Shown: positions 38,801 to 52,213, counted from the first letter of the stretch. The stretch: 64,000 bases of DNA from Lama guanicoe (GCA_013239625.1 MU054526.1:2656345-2720344), one strand, 5' to 3'. The notes: generated by a model from the sequence alone, not told the origin. A program made the numbers and translations.

Positions 38801-40385
38801 TATGTGGGTATGGTTTCAAAATATGTTGAACTCCATGAGGACCACCATGATATGATTATATGTTGAGGGCATCCTCTAAGGAGACACAGGCCGTGGCTGC
38901 GCACCCTTGATGGGCTGTGGGTCATGCACCCTGCATCCCCTGAGCGGATGCTGCCTCATGCGGGTACAGGTGCTGTGGATGAGAACCAGCAGAGCCGAGT
39001 CCCCAGCCTGTCGGACTGACCTGCCACCTGTCTGCCTGTCAGTGTGACAGTGACAGCAGTCCAGCGGCCCCCACTGTCTGCACCTCAGTTTGTCCAGCTG
39101 TCTGACTAGATTCCTATGTCATCTTCTGTGTCTGGTACTTGAATGGGACCTTCCAGGAGAAGAAGAGCCCAGCGTGAGGCCTCCTGGACCTCCCATCCTC
39201 CCCGCCCTGTCCCCAAGCTCCTGAGGGCCGTGGTCCTGCCTCAGTTTGTCAATGTCTGTGAGGATCAAGGCTCTGACCTGAGAGGGAGGCAACTTCCCCA
39301 TGTGCCTGTCCCCCGAGGTCTTAGCAGGACTTCCAGATCCTGGAGTTCTGACCATCACCACCCTCACAGGAGGCAGGCACCCAGGGTCCCGCTGGAACTG
39401 GGGACTCTTGCACAGGACCCCGTCCCAGCCCTTTGAGCTCCTGAGGTCTTCACTGAATTCTCCCAGCCATGGCCCAGGGGACCCTGGATGTTGAGAAGGA
39501 GGAGACTTTGCAGGGCAAGGTGAGCTGAATTGAACTTCCCCTCTTAGGAGTGCAAACCCAGGGGTCGGCCTCCCTTTGTTCCACTCCCTGGCCCTTCCCC
39601 AAGAGGCCCAGATGCTCCTGAAGCTACAAGTGGAGGCAAGGGGGGAAGCACAAAAGTGGACCAGGCAGTGAAGGCGGTGAAGGCTCTGGGCTGAGGTGGG
39701 CACAGCAGAGGCATCTCCGCCCCCCCTGCAAGCTCAGGATCCCGGGAAGTCGCAGCCCCTCACCTCAGAGCCAGGTCTGCAAGCTCAGGGCTGGCGGCCC
39801 GGGAGGGACAGTGGGCAACACAGAGGTCCCAGCGTTCAGCCCCTGCCGCTTCTCCCAGTTGGCGGAGCGGACACTCACCGGCAGTGAAATCTCCTTGCAT
39901 CCTCCTCCAGCAGAAGAACTTTCACTCCCGGGGGCTTGAGATCCAGGAAGGGGGAGACTCTCACTAGATCCCTGATCCAAGTTCCATCAAAGGCAGGTCT
40001 GAATTTTCCAGCTTTGCCCCGCCCTCGGGGCCTCTGGCTGTGAGACCTGAGGGGCCAGGTAGAAGGGATCCAGGGAAGACAGGGCCTGCATTTCCCCAGT
40101 GCAGGGAGGGTCTCGGGAGGGCTCAAGATGCTGAGGTCAGCCTGAGAAGGGGGGAGGCTGCCCCGGACTGTCATCAGCTCTCTCCGACTCCTAGGTGCCC
40201 CCAGTGAAAGCAGCCCCCACCCCCGACTCTGTCTCCCAGACAGATATGTCCCTTGGGGCCGTGCCTAGGGAAGTGCTGGCTGGGGACAGGCCCTCCAGCC
40301 ACGTGGGGACATGCTCCTCTCGGTGGCCCTGGGCAGGGCTGGGTCTTGTCCACCTGTCAGTGACGCCCCCGTCCTCTGCTTCCAG

Positions 40386-40530
40386 CCCCCACCTCTAGGA
40401 TCACACAGTGGAGAACTGTGTCTGCACAGGTGTGGCCAGTGTGGTCTTGCTGATCCTGGAGGCGATTCTGGCAGAAGCTGGGCACAGCAAGTGCAGGTCC
40501 CGGCACGGACCGCAGGGATGGAGACAGGAG
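40386..40530 (+). pseudogene. LILRA-type (activating) transmembrane exon remnant
   Basis: DHTVENCVCTGVASVVLLILEAILAEAGHS from 40399 resembles LILRA DYTVENLIRMGVAGLVL...EAQHS. In-frame TAG at 40396-40398; Arg replaced by Cys. Confidence 0.75.
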
Positions 40531-41594
40531 AGCACCCAGCAGAGGGACCAGACCCCAGTGTCGGAGGGACACTCCCTCGGAGGCTGGAGGCTGTGGAGAC
40601 CCAGTGCCCAACACAGGCTGCGCCCTCCACGGGGAACCCCGTCAGGAGCTGCCCTGCGAGACCACAGCGCCGTCCTCAGAAGCACCTGGGCTGCGGGGGT
40701 GATGCACCCGGGGCCCTCCTGGGTTTGTTAGTTCCCAGTCTCCAGGATTCACCTCCACAACTGACGTTTACAATCACGGCCCCTCGCCCCACTCCTTCCT
40801 GGTCCCCCTTTCCTCCAGGTTACGTGACAGGACCCCCTGCCCCTCCAGCCTCTGCCTCCTCCTCCTCCTACCGCATTTCAGAAGCTCCACTTGGCCTCAG
40901 AAGCTCAAGCCACTTCCCCAGAGTCCCCTGCTCTCCCACTGGTGACGTCAGCATCTGGGGTTTCCTTCAACATCCGAGCACACGACTCCCACGCTGGAGT
41001 TTCCCACCTCCCTCCCTCCTTCTGGAGCCCCCACCTGCCCAACTGCCTCTGGGAACCTGGAACGTGTGGCTCCAGACCCTGGCTGCCAGCGACCCCTGTC
41101 ACCTGCCTTACCCGGGGAGGCGCGAACCACACCTGCCCTGGGCCTCCCCGCGTCCTGGAATGGCCTCTGCCTTCCCTGGTCTGTAGCCTCCTGGTGTCTC
41201 CACTGTTTTGGGTCAAAAGTCCAGGAAAGAAATGCACATCAAAACCGCAGTAAATCATCCCCAAACAGTCATTAGGACAAAGGGGAAATAACAAGTGTTG
41301 GAAAGGACGTGGAGCAATCAAAACCCTCGTGTGGTGTTGGTGGGAATGCAAAGTGGTGCGGCCTCTGTGGAAAGTGATAACGGCGGTTTCTCATAACTGA
41401 GCCGCAGCATCACTACACGGTCCAGCAACCCCACTCATACGCGTGCCAAAAAGAAGAGGAAAGAGGGCGGGGTGCCAGCACAGCCTCGTATCCTCGGATC
41501 ACAGGCACGTCGCTCACGGTAGCGAACGTGACCACAAGCCTCCTCACGCTGGGACTGGCAGTAGAAGCATCAGTGTCGGGGAGAGGCACCCGGC

Positions 41595-42030
41595 GGTGCT
41601 GGCTTCGAAGGTGGGGGAAGAGGCCCAGGGCAAGGGATGCTGGAAAAGGCACCTACGTGGATGCCTTCACCCTCCTGCGCCTCCAGGAGTGAACGCAGCC
41701 CTGCAGGTGCCTTGGTGTCAGCCCACGAGACCCATTTCCAACTTCCGACCTCCAGAAGCGGGAGGGGAGAGATCTGAGCTGTAAGGCAGCATGTTTGTGC
41801 TAACTTGTTGCAAGGTGCTGGCTTCGAAGGTGGGGAAGAGGCCCAGGGCAAGGGATGCTGGAAAAGGCACCTACGTGGATGCCTTCACCCTCCTGCGCCT
41901 CCAGGAGTGAACGCAGCCCTGCAGGTGCCTTGGTGTCAGCCCACGAGACCCATTTCCAACTTCCGACCTCCAGAAGCGGGAGGGGAGAGATCTGAGCTGT
42001 AAGGCAGCATGTTTGTGCTAACTTGTTGCA
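41595..42030 (+). repeat. Near-perfect tandem duplication (218 + 217 bp) of an MLT1-like fragment
   Basis: 41595-41812 and 41814-42030 are identical by eye except for one G in a G-run. Confidence 0.95.
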
Positions 42031-42744
42031 GCAGAATCTCACCACCTGCTGTCCCACGCTCTGCGGTGTCAGGAGGCCCTCCAGCTTCTGGAATCTGACG
42101 TCAGTGCAGAGCTTCCCTATAAGCTGACTCACCAGCGATCTTTCTTCGGAAACCTCTGACCGGCAGGGTCAGCCTGGACGACGGGCTTCCTCTGGGAGGC
42201 CCTGCGGTGGTGGTGGCGGGGTGGGGGGGGCGGTTCAGCACGACATCCCAGTGTGGCCGGGATGCAGGAGTCCCACTAAATCCTCCGTGTCAGGCAGGGC
42301 CGAGCCGGACGGTTCTCCCCGCCCTCCCCTTCCTCGGCAGACAAGTGGATGGTGAGGCGAAGGCTCGCTTTGCTTAGATGCGAAGCTGCTCCTCTTCAGG
42401 CACTGAGCCCCGAGCCTGCCTTTCTGCTCCTCTGACTGTGTGTCAGTCTCAGGGAGCAAAGGGGGCTCCCAGCATGTGTGCTGCCTGCAATGGCCCCCTG
42501 CCTCCTCGGCGAAGTGGGGAGTGTCCTCCTGTAATTCTTGGCGCCCAGCTTCCCAGACTTGGCCATCAGAGGCCCTTTCAAGCTGCCTGCTGTGCTTTCA
42601 GAGGGGCACTTTTTCCCTACTTGGCCACTGTCTTGCTTGCTAGCAACGCTGTCCCAGGCATATGGTGTATTCCTCCCGCCCTAACCAGGAATTCCCCCTT
42701 TTCTGAAAGCGTCCTTGGGAAATATTCAGAAAACAAGATCTGAC

Positions 42745-43100
42745 GGTTAAGTGACTTCAAGGGGTTGATCTGAAACAGAGTCTGCCAGAACTCTCTCCAG
42801 CAGAGATGGGTTTATTCAGGAGAGACAGAGAATTACACTTTGGTGTCTGTAGCCGTGGCGAGTCACGTGACGTTCCAAGTGGGCGAGGGAGGGAGGAAGA
42901 TGCTTTGACAGAGGGGCAAGGGGACTGGGGGGGGTGCAGTAAACAAAGAGTCCGTGCTTTCCACTGGCTGAATCCTTGCCAGGGAAGCAGGGGAACCCTT
43001 CACCCTCCTGTTGGGCAATGTTACCGATTCCAGGACGTGAGAGCTCCTCTTGCTGGTCCTCTGACTCTAATTGAGGTTCCTGTTGATTATTTTTCACAAA
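42745..43100 (-). mobile_element. Probable solo ERV LTR
   Basis: Minus strand begins TGTGAAAAATAA near 43098 and has AATAAA at about 42811; family not identified. Confidence 0.4.
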
Positions 43101-44224
43101 GCCTAGAAGATTTTGTTCCTTATGGACCACTTAGTATTCAGGGAGGAGGCAAAGTGCAAATTCATACAGATATGTCCAACCCTCATGTAACATTATTACC
43201 TTTCAATGTCATTCTTGTGTCTCATATTTAAAACCCCAACTCCTAGTAAGTTAACATGCTTTTTTTCTTTTTTTCTTTTTTCTTGCTTTTCCATGGGTCA
43301 CTGTTGTTCACTGGGTATTGGTGGGTTTTTGTTCTCTGTTTATTTTCATGTCGGGGGTGCTCTCCCCACCTTGTTGGATTTAGCTGTGTGTTTTGGAATG
43401 TGTATCATATTTACATGTTTTAGAATTGAAAACTCTGCTGGGAAACGAGTGCTGGGCAACAAACAGCTAGAAAAGAAGCCACTACGAACTTTCCACGAGC
43501 TTAATGAAGTATTACGTCCACGCTTGCTTGCTTAAAGTGCACGTGCTGGCTTTGTTTTCATGTTTTGCGCAGGAGATGGTCTGTAGCGCATATTATGCTA
43601 AAGAAGCTGTGTGGTGAGCAATCCTGACATTGAGCATAAGGGCACGAAGGAGGCAGATGTGTCCTTAGGGTGAAACAGCGGGCGGGCCTGGAAAGCCCGA
43701 TCGTCCATGAACAGACCTTTCTCTGGCAGGAAAGCATGCTGCTGAAGCCAGGGCAAGAATCTGCTATGTTGAGACGTCCCGGAGGCAGTGACACGATAGA
43801 CTCAGAAGTGATGCAAACGCCGAGGAGGGTGACTGTTCCTGGAACGGACGGGCCTGAAATTAATCAGCTAAGCATCCAGCAGAACCTTGCGCTTCTCGCC
43901 TGGAATATCTGAAGCCCCAGCTCCTTGATCGCATTTTTTTCTGAGCTGTGTACTCCTAATAAATATGACATCGACCAGGCTTCCGGGGCTCAAGATCTAC
44001 GAGATTGTGAGTCCTCTGGTCCCATCTTTGCTCTTTACTTTGTCTCTTTGTTTCTTAAGTCCTGTGTCACCTGATCCCGAGCTGTGCCGGATGCAGCAAA
44101 ACTGTATAAAACCAGAAATTCAGACATGGCCCACTTCATCCTGTCCCCTTCATCCTATCCCCCCACGTATGGGAGGTAACTAGTTTTGTTAGTTTATGGT
44201 TTTCAGAATGAAAATTAATACGTG

Positions 44225-44456
44225 GTGGGGGGAAGGTACAGCTCAGTGCTAGAGTGTGTGCTTAGCATGCACGAGGTCCTGGGCTCAATCTCCAGCATCT
44301 CCATTCAAAAGAATAAGTAAAAAACTAAATAAACCTAATTACCTTCCCCCTTCAAAAAATAAATAAAATAAAAATAAATAAATCTATTAAAAATGGTTTA
44401 AAAAGTAAGCATGCAAACTAACAAAAAATAAAGCTGAAAAGAAAAAAATTTAAAAA
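44225..44456 (+). mobile_element. Vic-1-like SINE with long A-rich tail and 15-bp TSD
   Basis: tRNA-like head; gaaaattaatacgtg (44210-44224) vs gaaaattgatatgtg (44457-44471). Confidence 0.9.
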
Positions 44457-44559
44457 GAAAATTGATATGTGAAAAATATGTAAACCCACATAATCTTATT
44501 TTACCTACTTTCTTAAAAACAGCACATTGTACCCTTTGCTCTGTACCTTGCTTTCTGCA

Positions 44560-45010
44560 TGTCTAGTTTCCTGTTCCTGCTGCAACAAAGTGTCACAAAC
44601 TTCGTGCATTGAAACAGCTCATGTTTATGGTCCGGCTGTGCCGTAGCTTGGAATTGTGACACGGGTCCCTTTGTGCTGAAGTGAAGTGTCCACAGGGCTG
44701 TGCTCCTGCTGGGGGCCTCGCCTTTCCCAGCGTCCACAGGCTGCGGACATTCCTCCGATCACGGCTCCTCCTCCGTCTCCAAAGGTGACAGTGGCAGGTC
44801 AATTTTTCATGTTACGTCTCGCTGACCCCATTTTCAACATCACATCTCTTTCTCTGACCCTCAGCCTCCCGTCTCCTCTCCCACGTTCAAGGGCCCTGGT
44901 GCTCACACTTGGGGTCCACTTGGAGAATCCAAGACACTCTCCTCTCAAGATGCTTGATTTAATCAGCAGTCTCTTCTGCCAGGTGGGGAAAGCGGTCACA
45001 GCCCCTGGAG
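44560..45010 (-). mobile_element. MLT1 (MaLR) LTR
   Basis: tagtttcctgtt.ctgctgcaacaaagtgtcacaaactt...tggagaatccaagacactctcctctcaagatgcttgatttaatca. Confidence 0.65.
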
Positions 45011-46082
45011 GCTCGGGCACCCCCGCGCCCGTCCCCCTCTGTGTTCTGGAAGTCAGGGCACAGCGGCTCGTGTCAATCCTCATCACTATGTTTGTGGATG
45101 CTTTGTCTCTCAGGGGCCTGCCCAAAATGGTTTCCTTTCTTTGGTTTTGACAAACAGAGTTTTGATGACACAAATGACACCAACGTCCCTCGGTCTTGGT
45201 CAGCACATCTTCACACAGATTCCTCGAGAGAAAGTGGGTGAGCATATAGTTCAGTGGTTTTACGGAACTCGTGCTGTTCCCTTTTTCCAGTCCTGCCAGC
45301 CACGTGGGAGAAGGCTGTCCCCACCCCCTTCCCGGCAGGACTTGTGGTCAACTTTCAGAGCAGCCCCAGCTCACAGAAGAGAAACGCTATCTCTGTGCAT
45401 CTTTCAACTGAACTTCTCGTATCAACGGCCTGAGCATCTGTTCTTATGACTAAACGCCGTCTGTGTATCACTGATCTGAACTTTTCCTTGAGGTCTTTTC
45501 ATTCGCTTCAGAGTTTCACTTTATGGTAACAGCTGTATCGAGGCAGACATACAGCTCACCCCCTTCAAAGCGTACGAGTCAATGTTTCAAGCACTCACAG
45601 ACTTGCACAGCCACCACCTCCACGATCCATCTTAGACCATTTCCATCAGCCCCGAAGGAAGTCCCCGTCCATCGGCACTCGCTCCTGTTTGCCCCCGTCC
45701 CTGGGCAGCCGCTCGCCTCTCTGTGTCTGCAGACTTGCCTGTGCTTCATAAGCCGTATCGGTGGAACCATAACCACACGTGGTCTCGTGTGACTGGTCCC
45801 TGTCACTCAGCAAAGTGCTTTCACGGCTATGTTGTAAGCACGTGTCAGTGCTGTTCATTTCTGTTGCTGGTGGACATTCCACACTCTGCACAGACCGCAT
45901 TGTATTCATCCATTCGTGATTTTATCCACTATTTTCAGAGGTAATAGGTTTTGCCCATTTGTTTTCTGTTCTACTATCATATTGGTGGTTGCCAAGGGCA
46001 GGGGGGGAAGGACCAATGGAGATGACCGCTTAACGGGTTTGGGATTTCCTTTTGGGGTGGTTAAAAAGACTCAGAGGGTGGT

Positions 46083-46235
46083 GGGGAGGGTATAGCTCAG
46101 GGGTAGAGCAGGTGTTAAGCATGCACGAGGTCCTGGGTTCAGTCCCCAATAACTTGGTTAAATAAAAAGTAATAGTAATAAGTAAATAAATCTAACTACC
46201 TCCCCCCCCAAAAAACTCCAAATAATAAACTTTTT
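46083..46235 (+). mobile_element. Vic-1-like SINE
   Basis: ggggagggtatagctcaggggtagagc...gcatgcacgaggtcctgggttcagtcccc + A-rich tail + ctacctccccc. Confidence 0.9.
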
Positions 46236-48495
46236 AAAGTCTTGGAACAAGATAAAGGTGTGGGTGGCACAGGATTCTGAATATACTCAATGCTGTGAAT
46301 GTAATAAAAATTATCCATTTTATGTGAATTTTATCTGTAATGAGACAAAACATCCTTCTCTCACTGAACAAGATGAGAGTACGTGCTTTAGTGTAACACC
46401 CACCGTCACTTGACTCAATTATCTTTCCCAGCTACGTGAAAAGAGCTCAGTCATGGACACGACTCCACATCTGGGGAAGATCTGTCCCAGTCTGAAGGCC
46501 CTGCCAGCGACCGCCCTGTTCCATCCTGTCTTTCCCGCCCCCGCCCTGCTTGGATTCCAGGCACTGCCTCCTCCCATGGGGCGCCTGTTCCCATAAGTGG
46601 AATTCATCATCACCAAAAATGCCCACGTCTTTCCTCCTCCCTCCCCCCTTTTGAATGGCAATGCTCTCATGTGGCACGAACATGAAACACTTTGCAGGCG
46701 TGCACAGGAAGACTGCATCACGTTTCAATCTGTCACCACTGGCTCCATCCCCCGGTCCCCACACCCAAAGCCAACCACTGACCACACTCTTCTATCTGTT
46801 CCCCGAATATTCAGGGTGGTCCTGTACACTTATCTCCTCTGGGTAGACAGTTATCAACATCTTGTAGATGCCGCTCTGAACCATTCTTTTTAGAAACGAA
46901 TTAATCCATTGTAGAGAGTGCTCTGGGAGCGGTGTGTGTAAATCCATCTTAGACTTTTCAGCATAGTGCTCCCCTGCTTCAGAGTGTCCTCGTGGACCTC
47001 TTCAGGGCTCTGTAACCTGGTGTTGTGTTAATTTCCAGACTTGCGACATTTCAAACCTCTCTGTGACAAATACCCTTACACACACACACCTAATGCACAG
47101 GGCTACGGGGGAACAATTACTCCTTTTCTTCTGGTAAGAGTTTGAGAACAGAACAGCTCAGGCAGAGCTCGCGGGCGTGGAGTTTGCGGTAAATGTTGGC
47201 GATCCCTCTTCACGTGGGTCGCTCCTCTTCACCCTTTGGGGTTTGATTTTAAGTCCTTCTCCAGATAAAGCCTTGACCGGTGACCCTACTCAAACAGGTC
47301 CTGTCCCGTTAACATCTATTATAATTGTTCAAAGTGTTTAACCAATCCTTAGTGCGCTACAGATTTTTCTATTCCTACCTCTAACTTATCTGTCATACTT
47401 TTTACTCCTTAATCATTGGTCTCCCCACCAGACAACACATTCTTTGAAAGCAGAGGTTGAACACTTATCTTTTACCATCCTTACCGACACGCACAGGCAC
47501 GCACGTGCACACACACACACTCCGCCACATTCCTGCACACATGTGTGTCTCCACACAGGTCAGAATATACTTATACACAAATATAACCTGTAAAATAAAC
47601 TATGTGTATAATATGCACATTATAGATGTGTCACACAATGTATTCTCTGCATATTAGATAAACATGTAACATGGCACGTGCATACATGATGCGTGTGACC
47701 CGTGTACACTAATGTGCATAAGTAGGCAGACAGCCTGTACCTGCTGGGAAGGTGAGGGAATGAATGAAATAGCAAAGGAAAGGCAGCTGAAGGTTCTTGA
47801 AGCAGACTCCGGTGAGGGAGGGAACTGGCCAAGGGCGGGCAACGACGGGAGCCCCAGGTTTCCACTCCTTTGTGTTTCTGACCCTCGGGAACCCCTGGGT
47901 ACCAACCTCTCATCTGTGGCCCAGGATGCCCAGCTGAGGTGGGACTCAGTCAGGGCTCTGCTTTCCAGGAGATTAGGCTCGGCTTGGGCCATTGCTCCAG
48001 GCTGGTAAGAGAGCAAGAAAGAGCTAAACTTCAAGGGTTTCCAAAGACGTTCCCCCTCAGCTTGTGACACGGGGTGTGGCCAAACCCTTTCCTGTTATTA
48101 AGACCGCAAAGCTAAGTCTAAATACAAGGAAATCAGAGCCACGAGGGCTGCTGCCTCACCTGCATTTGCAGAAGCAGTTGTTATGAATGCAGATAAAAGC
48201 ACTGGCATGGGGGGAGCGACTGAACAGCGCAGACCCTCAGGGACATGCCGGGCTGACAGGCTTTCGGCTGCTCGCCTTCTCTGCTGCCTGATGCCCAGGG
48301 GCCCTGGTACCAGCACCCATCAGCGCAGACTCCAGACTCCACGAGGGATCAGTAAGCTGTCCTGCTCCTCTTGGGGAGCACACGGGGCCTATGATCCGTT
48401 CGGGGGGAGGGTGTCTGGCCCCCTGGTCTGGCCGCTGTGTTGACTACGACCTGCCCCCCACCTGCTGCATGACCTCTCCGTCCCATCGTCCCCAG

Positions 48496-48610
48496 GGCCC
48501 CAACTCCAGGTTACACAGTGGAGACTCTCATCCACGTGGGTCCATCTGGGTTGGTCCCAGCGGCGCTGGGGGCTCAGGCGTGGCGCAGTCAGGGCAGGTC
48601 CCAAGGCTGA
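48496..48610 (+). pseudogene. Orphan LILRA-type transmembrane exon remnant
   Basis: After ccccag|: PGYTVETLIHVGPSGLVPAALGAQAWRSQGRSQG*. YTVExLI motif, Arg replaced by His, TM shortened; no Ig exon recognised upstream. Confidence 0.65.
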
Positions 48611-51059
48611 ACCAAGAGGTAAACAGAAGGGAGACGCACACTTCTCGGGGTTTGCAGAACCTTAGGACAGAGTCACACAGACAAGGTTGTGATGACAAAG
48701 GAGGTGCTGAAGAGCTGCAGGCAGGAGCTGTGCGAGCCCTGCTGAGGGCCTAAGGGCGGGGAAACTACCGTTGGTGCAGGAGGCAACGAGGCGGCGGGGA
48801 GCGGCCCCTGGAAGAGGCTCCTCCACCCAAACCTTGTCCCGCAGCCTGGTGCCTCCTCCGAGGCTGGATCCTCTTACTTCCCCACCCCACTCTGTCCCCA
48901 TGAAGAGTCTATCCCTCGGCCCACTCTGTCTCCCACTCTGTCCCAACGCTGCGTGTCACAGAGGTCTTCTCTGTAACACCCACATCCCGCTGTGAGCCGC
49001 CAGGTCTCCGTGCCCCCAGCCCTGAGCGCGCACACTCGGGTACTGTGGTTCAGCAACTCAGTCAATGGACCAAATGTAGGTCCAGCCTGGAAGGCGCAGC
49101 CCAGGATGGTGTCTCAACACCTCGCCTGCGTTCTGCAGGCTCCTCTCTTCACCAGCGGCTTCCTGCGTGTCTCCTCCCACAGCGCCTGGAATCAGCACTC
49201 TCCTGCACGACCTCGAGCAAGTGACAGCTGGTCTGTGAGGCTCTGTTGCTTTCCCATGTGAGGTGGTGACAACGCCTCGTTCAGGGCTGTGGTGTGGATT
49301 AAATGGGATTAACTTCAAGGTGATGAACACATATCTGTTGTCACTGATTCTTTGTTTTAATTTAAATATCCACTGTTGGACAGAGGATGGAGCAAGCGGC
49401 CTCTCACACACTAGTAGGTGTACAACGGCCTCGGCCAATTTGAGGAGCAGCCTGGACTTTTCTGGTTAAGGGGAAGGGATGTGCAGCTGTGGTCGGGCCG
49501 TCTTCCTCCGGGAGATTTGGCCCAGGGGGCCCGGCGCGCTTATGCCTGAGGACACAGGCTTGGGAAGTGGGAGAGGGGCACTGTTTCCATGGGCCGAAAC
49601 TACAAACAACAAAATCCTACCCGCTGAAGAAGGAGTAAGTGTGTTTGTGTTACCTTTCTACAATGGAGTATCACACAGCAGTTAAGAATTCATGAACTAG
49701 GACTACAAACCAAAACGCAAAAACAATGCAGATCAATCTTACCAACATAACGGTGAGTGAAAGAAGCCAAAAAGAATGCGCATGTTATTGCCTTGCCAGG
49801 AAAAAAAATGTAAGTTTTGAAGCATGCAAAGGCATGAAAGTGATGAAAAAGGGATGAAAGGATTGACCTGATGTCTCGCGATGGTCCCAGTACAGATCAC
49901 AGGAGACCCGCGAGGCCGCTGCAGCGCTGGCCGCCTCGTGAACTTGCCTTTGGTCACACCTGCGTTTGAGTGTAGTTACTATTTATAGTTGATGTTGTTT
50001 AATACTCTTTCTGCATGTTTTAGCCTTCTCAATAAATAATTCAAAAACCACAGAGATGCACGCGTGCAACTTCAGCACGCAGCAGCGGGGGGTCATCACC
50101 ATGGACGTTACAGCTGGAAACTGCCCGGGACGGCAGGGGGTCCGAGACCTCGACCCAGGCTCAGGTCTGGAGACAATCCAGTGACCTGGCTGGACCTTTA
50201 GTACCAATGGCCTGGGCTTGCTAGGGTGCACTTCTGACCTTTACACTCTCACAGGAAGGGTCAGAGGTCAAGCACTTCACCTCGGTGGTCCGCCACTGTG
50301 TGCTGGTACCGAGACCCACGGGCTACTCTCTGGGAACTCTGAGAAAGATCCTTCAACTGAGTATTTCACATTCGACACTCATTAAACTGGGATGGCAGGG
50401 TCGCTACCCTTACAAACCTGCTGCTCCGTGTACACAGGCAATGTGTCCACAACGCCGACCCTGACACCGGTTGTCACGCCCCTGCTCAGTGGTGGAGGGA
50501 TTTGCACTCGCTGGACACATGCGTCTGGTGTCTGGCCGGCCAAGTCCTACTGCAGACATCTGGTGCTTTGGTCTCCATACTGCCTTGGGTGACGGAGCGC
50601 AGAGCGGGTGGGGTGGTCAGAGAGCTCATGAAATACGCACAGAATAAAATGGATACCAAGGAAGCCAGCCTGTCCCCCAGAAACCTGGAGATCCTCGGTG
50701 CTTTGGAAACGTGGTGTGTGTGGGAAAAAACAGACCAGCTGATGATCAAACAGCATTTTGATGGGAAACTGAATCCTTTGCTTTCCTAACCCCCAGAAGG
50801 CAACCTTAGAACGCGGAGTACTTTTTTAAAAACATGCGGAAGTTCTAGAGCAAATTCACACATTGTCTTTCAGGCAATCCTAGCTGAACATCTTCTTGAT
50901 CATCTTGTCAACCCAACCTGTCACTGGGCACACAATGAGCACCTTGTAAATGAAGGAAAACAATGTTAAAACACAGAATTTCCCTGTTCAAGGGCCAACA
51001 GCCTTTCAACTAAAGGAATTTAAAATAGTCTGTGCTCCATCATCAAACATTGTACAAAT

Positions 51060-52213
51060 AAAAGAGGCTGGGGAGGGTGTGGCGAGAAGGGACCCCTCCT
51101 GCACTGCTGATGGGAATATAATTTGGTGCAGCCACTATGAAGAACAGCATGGAGAGTCCTTAGAAAACTAAAAATAGTTACCATATGACCCAGCAGTCCC
51201 ACTGCCAGGCAACTGTCCAGAGGGAACCTTACTTCAAAAAGTTACCTGCACCCCGGTGTCCACAGCAGCACTATTTACAGTAGTCAGGACATGGGAGCAG
51301 CCTAAAGCCCACCGACACACGGATGGATAAAAACAATGTGGTATATACGTGNNNNNNNNNNNNNNNNNNNNNNNNNNNNNNNNNNNNNNNNNNNNNNNNN
51401 NNNNNNNNNNNNNNNNNNNNNNNNNNNNNNNNNNNNNNNNNNNNNNNNNNNNNNNNNNNNNNNNNNNNNNNNNNNNNNNNNNNNNNNNNNNNNNNNNNNN
51501 NNNNNNNNNNNNNNNNNNNNNNNNNNNNNACACACAGACACACATATGCACATACATACACACATATACAAACACATATGTACACACACGTACACACATA
51601 TACAAACACACATACATACACAGACGTACACACACACANNNNNNNNNNNNNNNNNNNNNNNNNNNNNNNNNNNNNNNNNNNNNNNNNNNNNNNNNNNNNN
51701 NNNNNNNNNNNNNNNNNNNNNNNNNNNNNNNNNNNNNNNNNNNNNNNNNNNNNNNNNNNNNNNNNNNNNNNNGGAATGAACAATGCCATGTGCAGCTACA
51801 GGGATGTAGCGATGCAGAGATGATCATACGAAGCACGTCGGACAGAGAAAGATAAATCTCGTGTGCTGTCACTCACATGTGGAATCTTTAAAAAATACTA
51901 CAAAGGAACTTACTTACAAAACAGAAAACAAACTTACAGCTCCCAAAGGGGAAACATAAGGGAGGGGTAAACGGGCATTTGTTTATTTATCACCAGGGAC
52001 GCACTGTTACATACGAAACAGATAAACAGCAAGGCCCTACTCCGGAGCACAGGGCGCTGTATTCAGTACCTTATAATAACCTCTAATGGAAAGGAACCTG
52101 AAAAAGAACACACGCACATGTGCGTGTATAGATATCTGAATCACTTTGTTGTACACTTGAAACTAAGACAACATTGTGAGCCAAATATATTTCAACAAAA
52201 ACAAATAAATAAA
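51060..52213 (+). mobile_element. LINE-1 3' region with internal (CA/TA)n expansion and two gaps
   Basis: aagggacccctcctgcactgctgatggg...ccatatgacccagcagtcccact...tgtacacttgaaacta...aataaa. Confidence 0.85.

Noticed and set aside
45171-45240. MTPTSLGLGQHIFTQ peptide resembling a LILR/KIR leader
   Set aside because: No 34/36-nt exon structure and no Ig exon downstream; probably chance. No KIR3DX1-like exon was recognised in the window.
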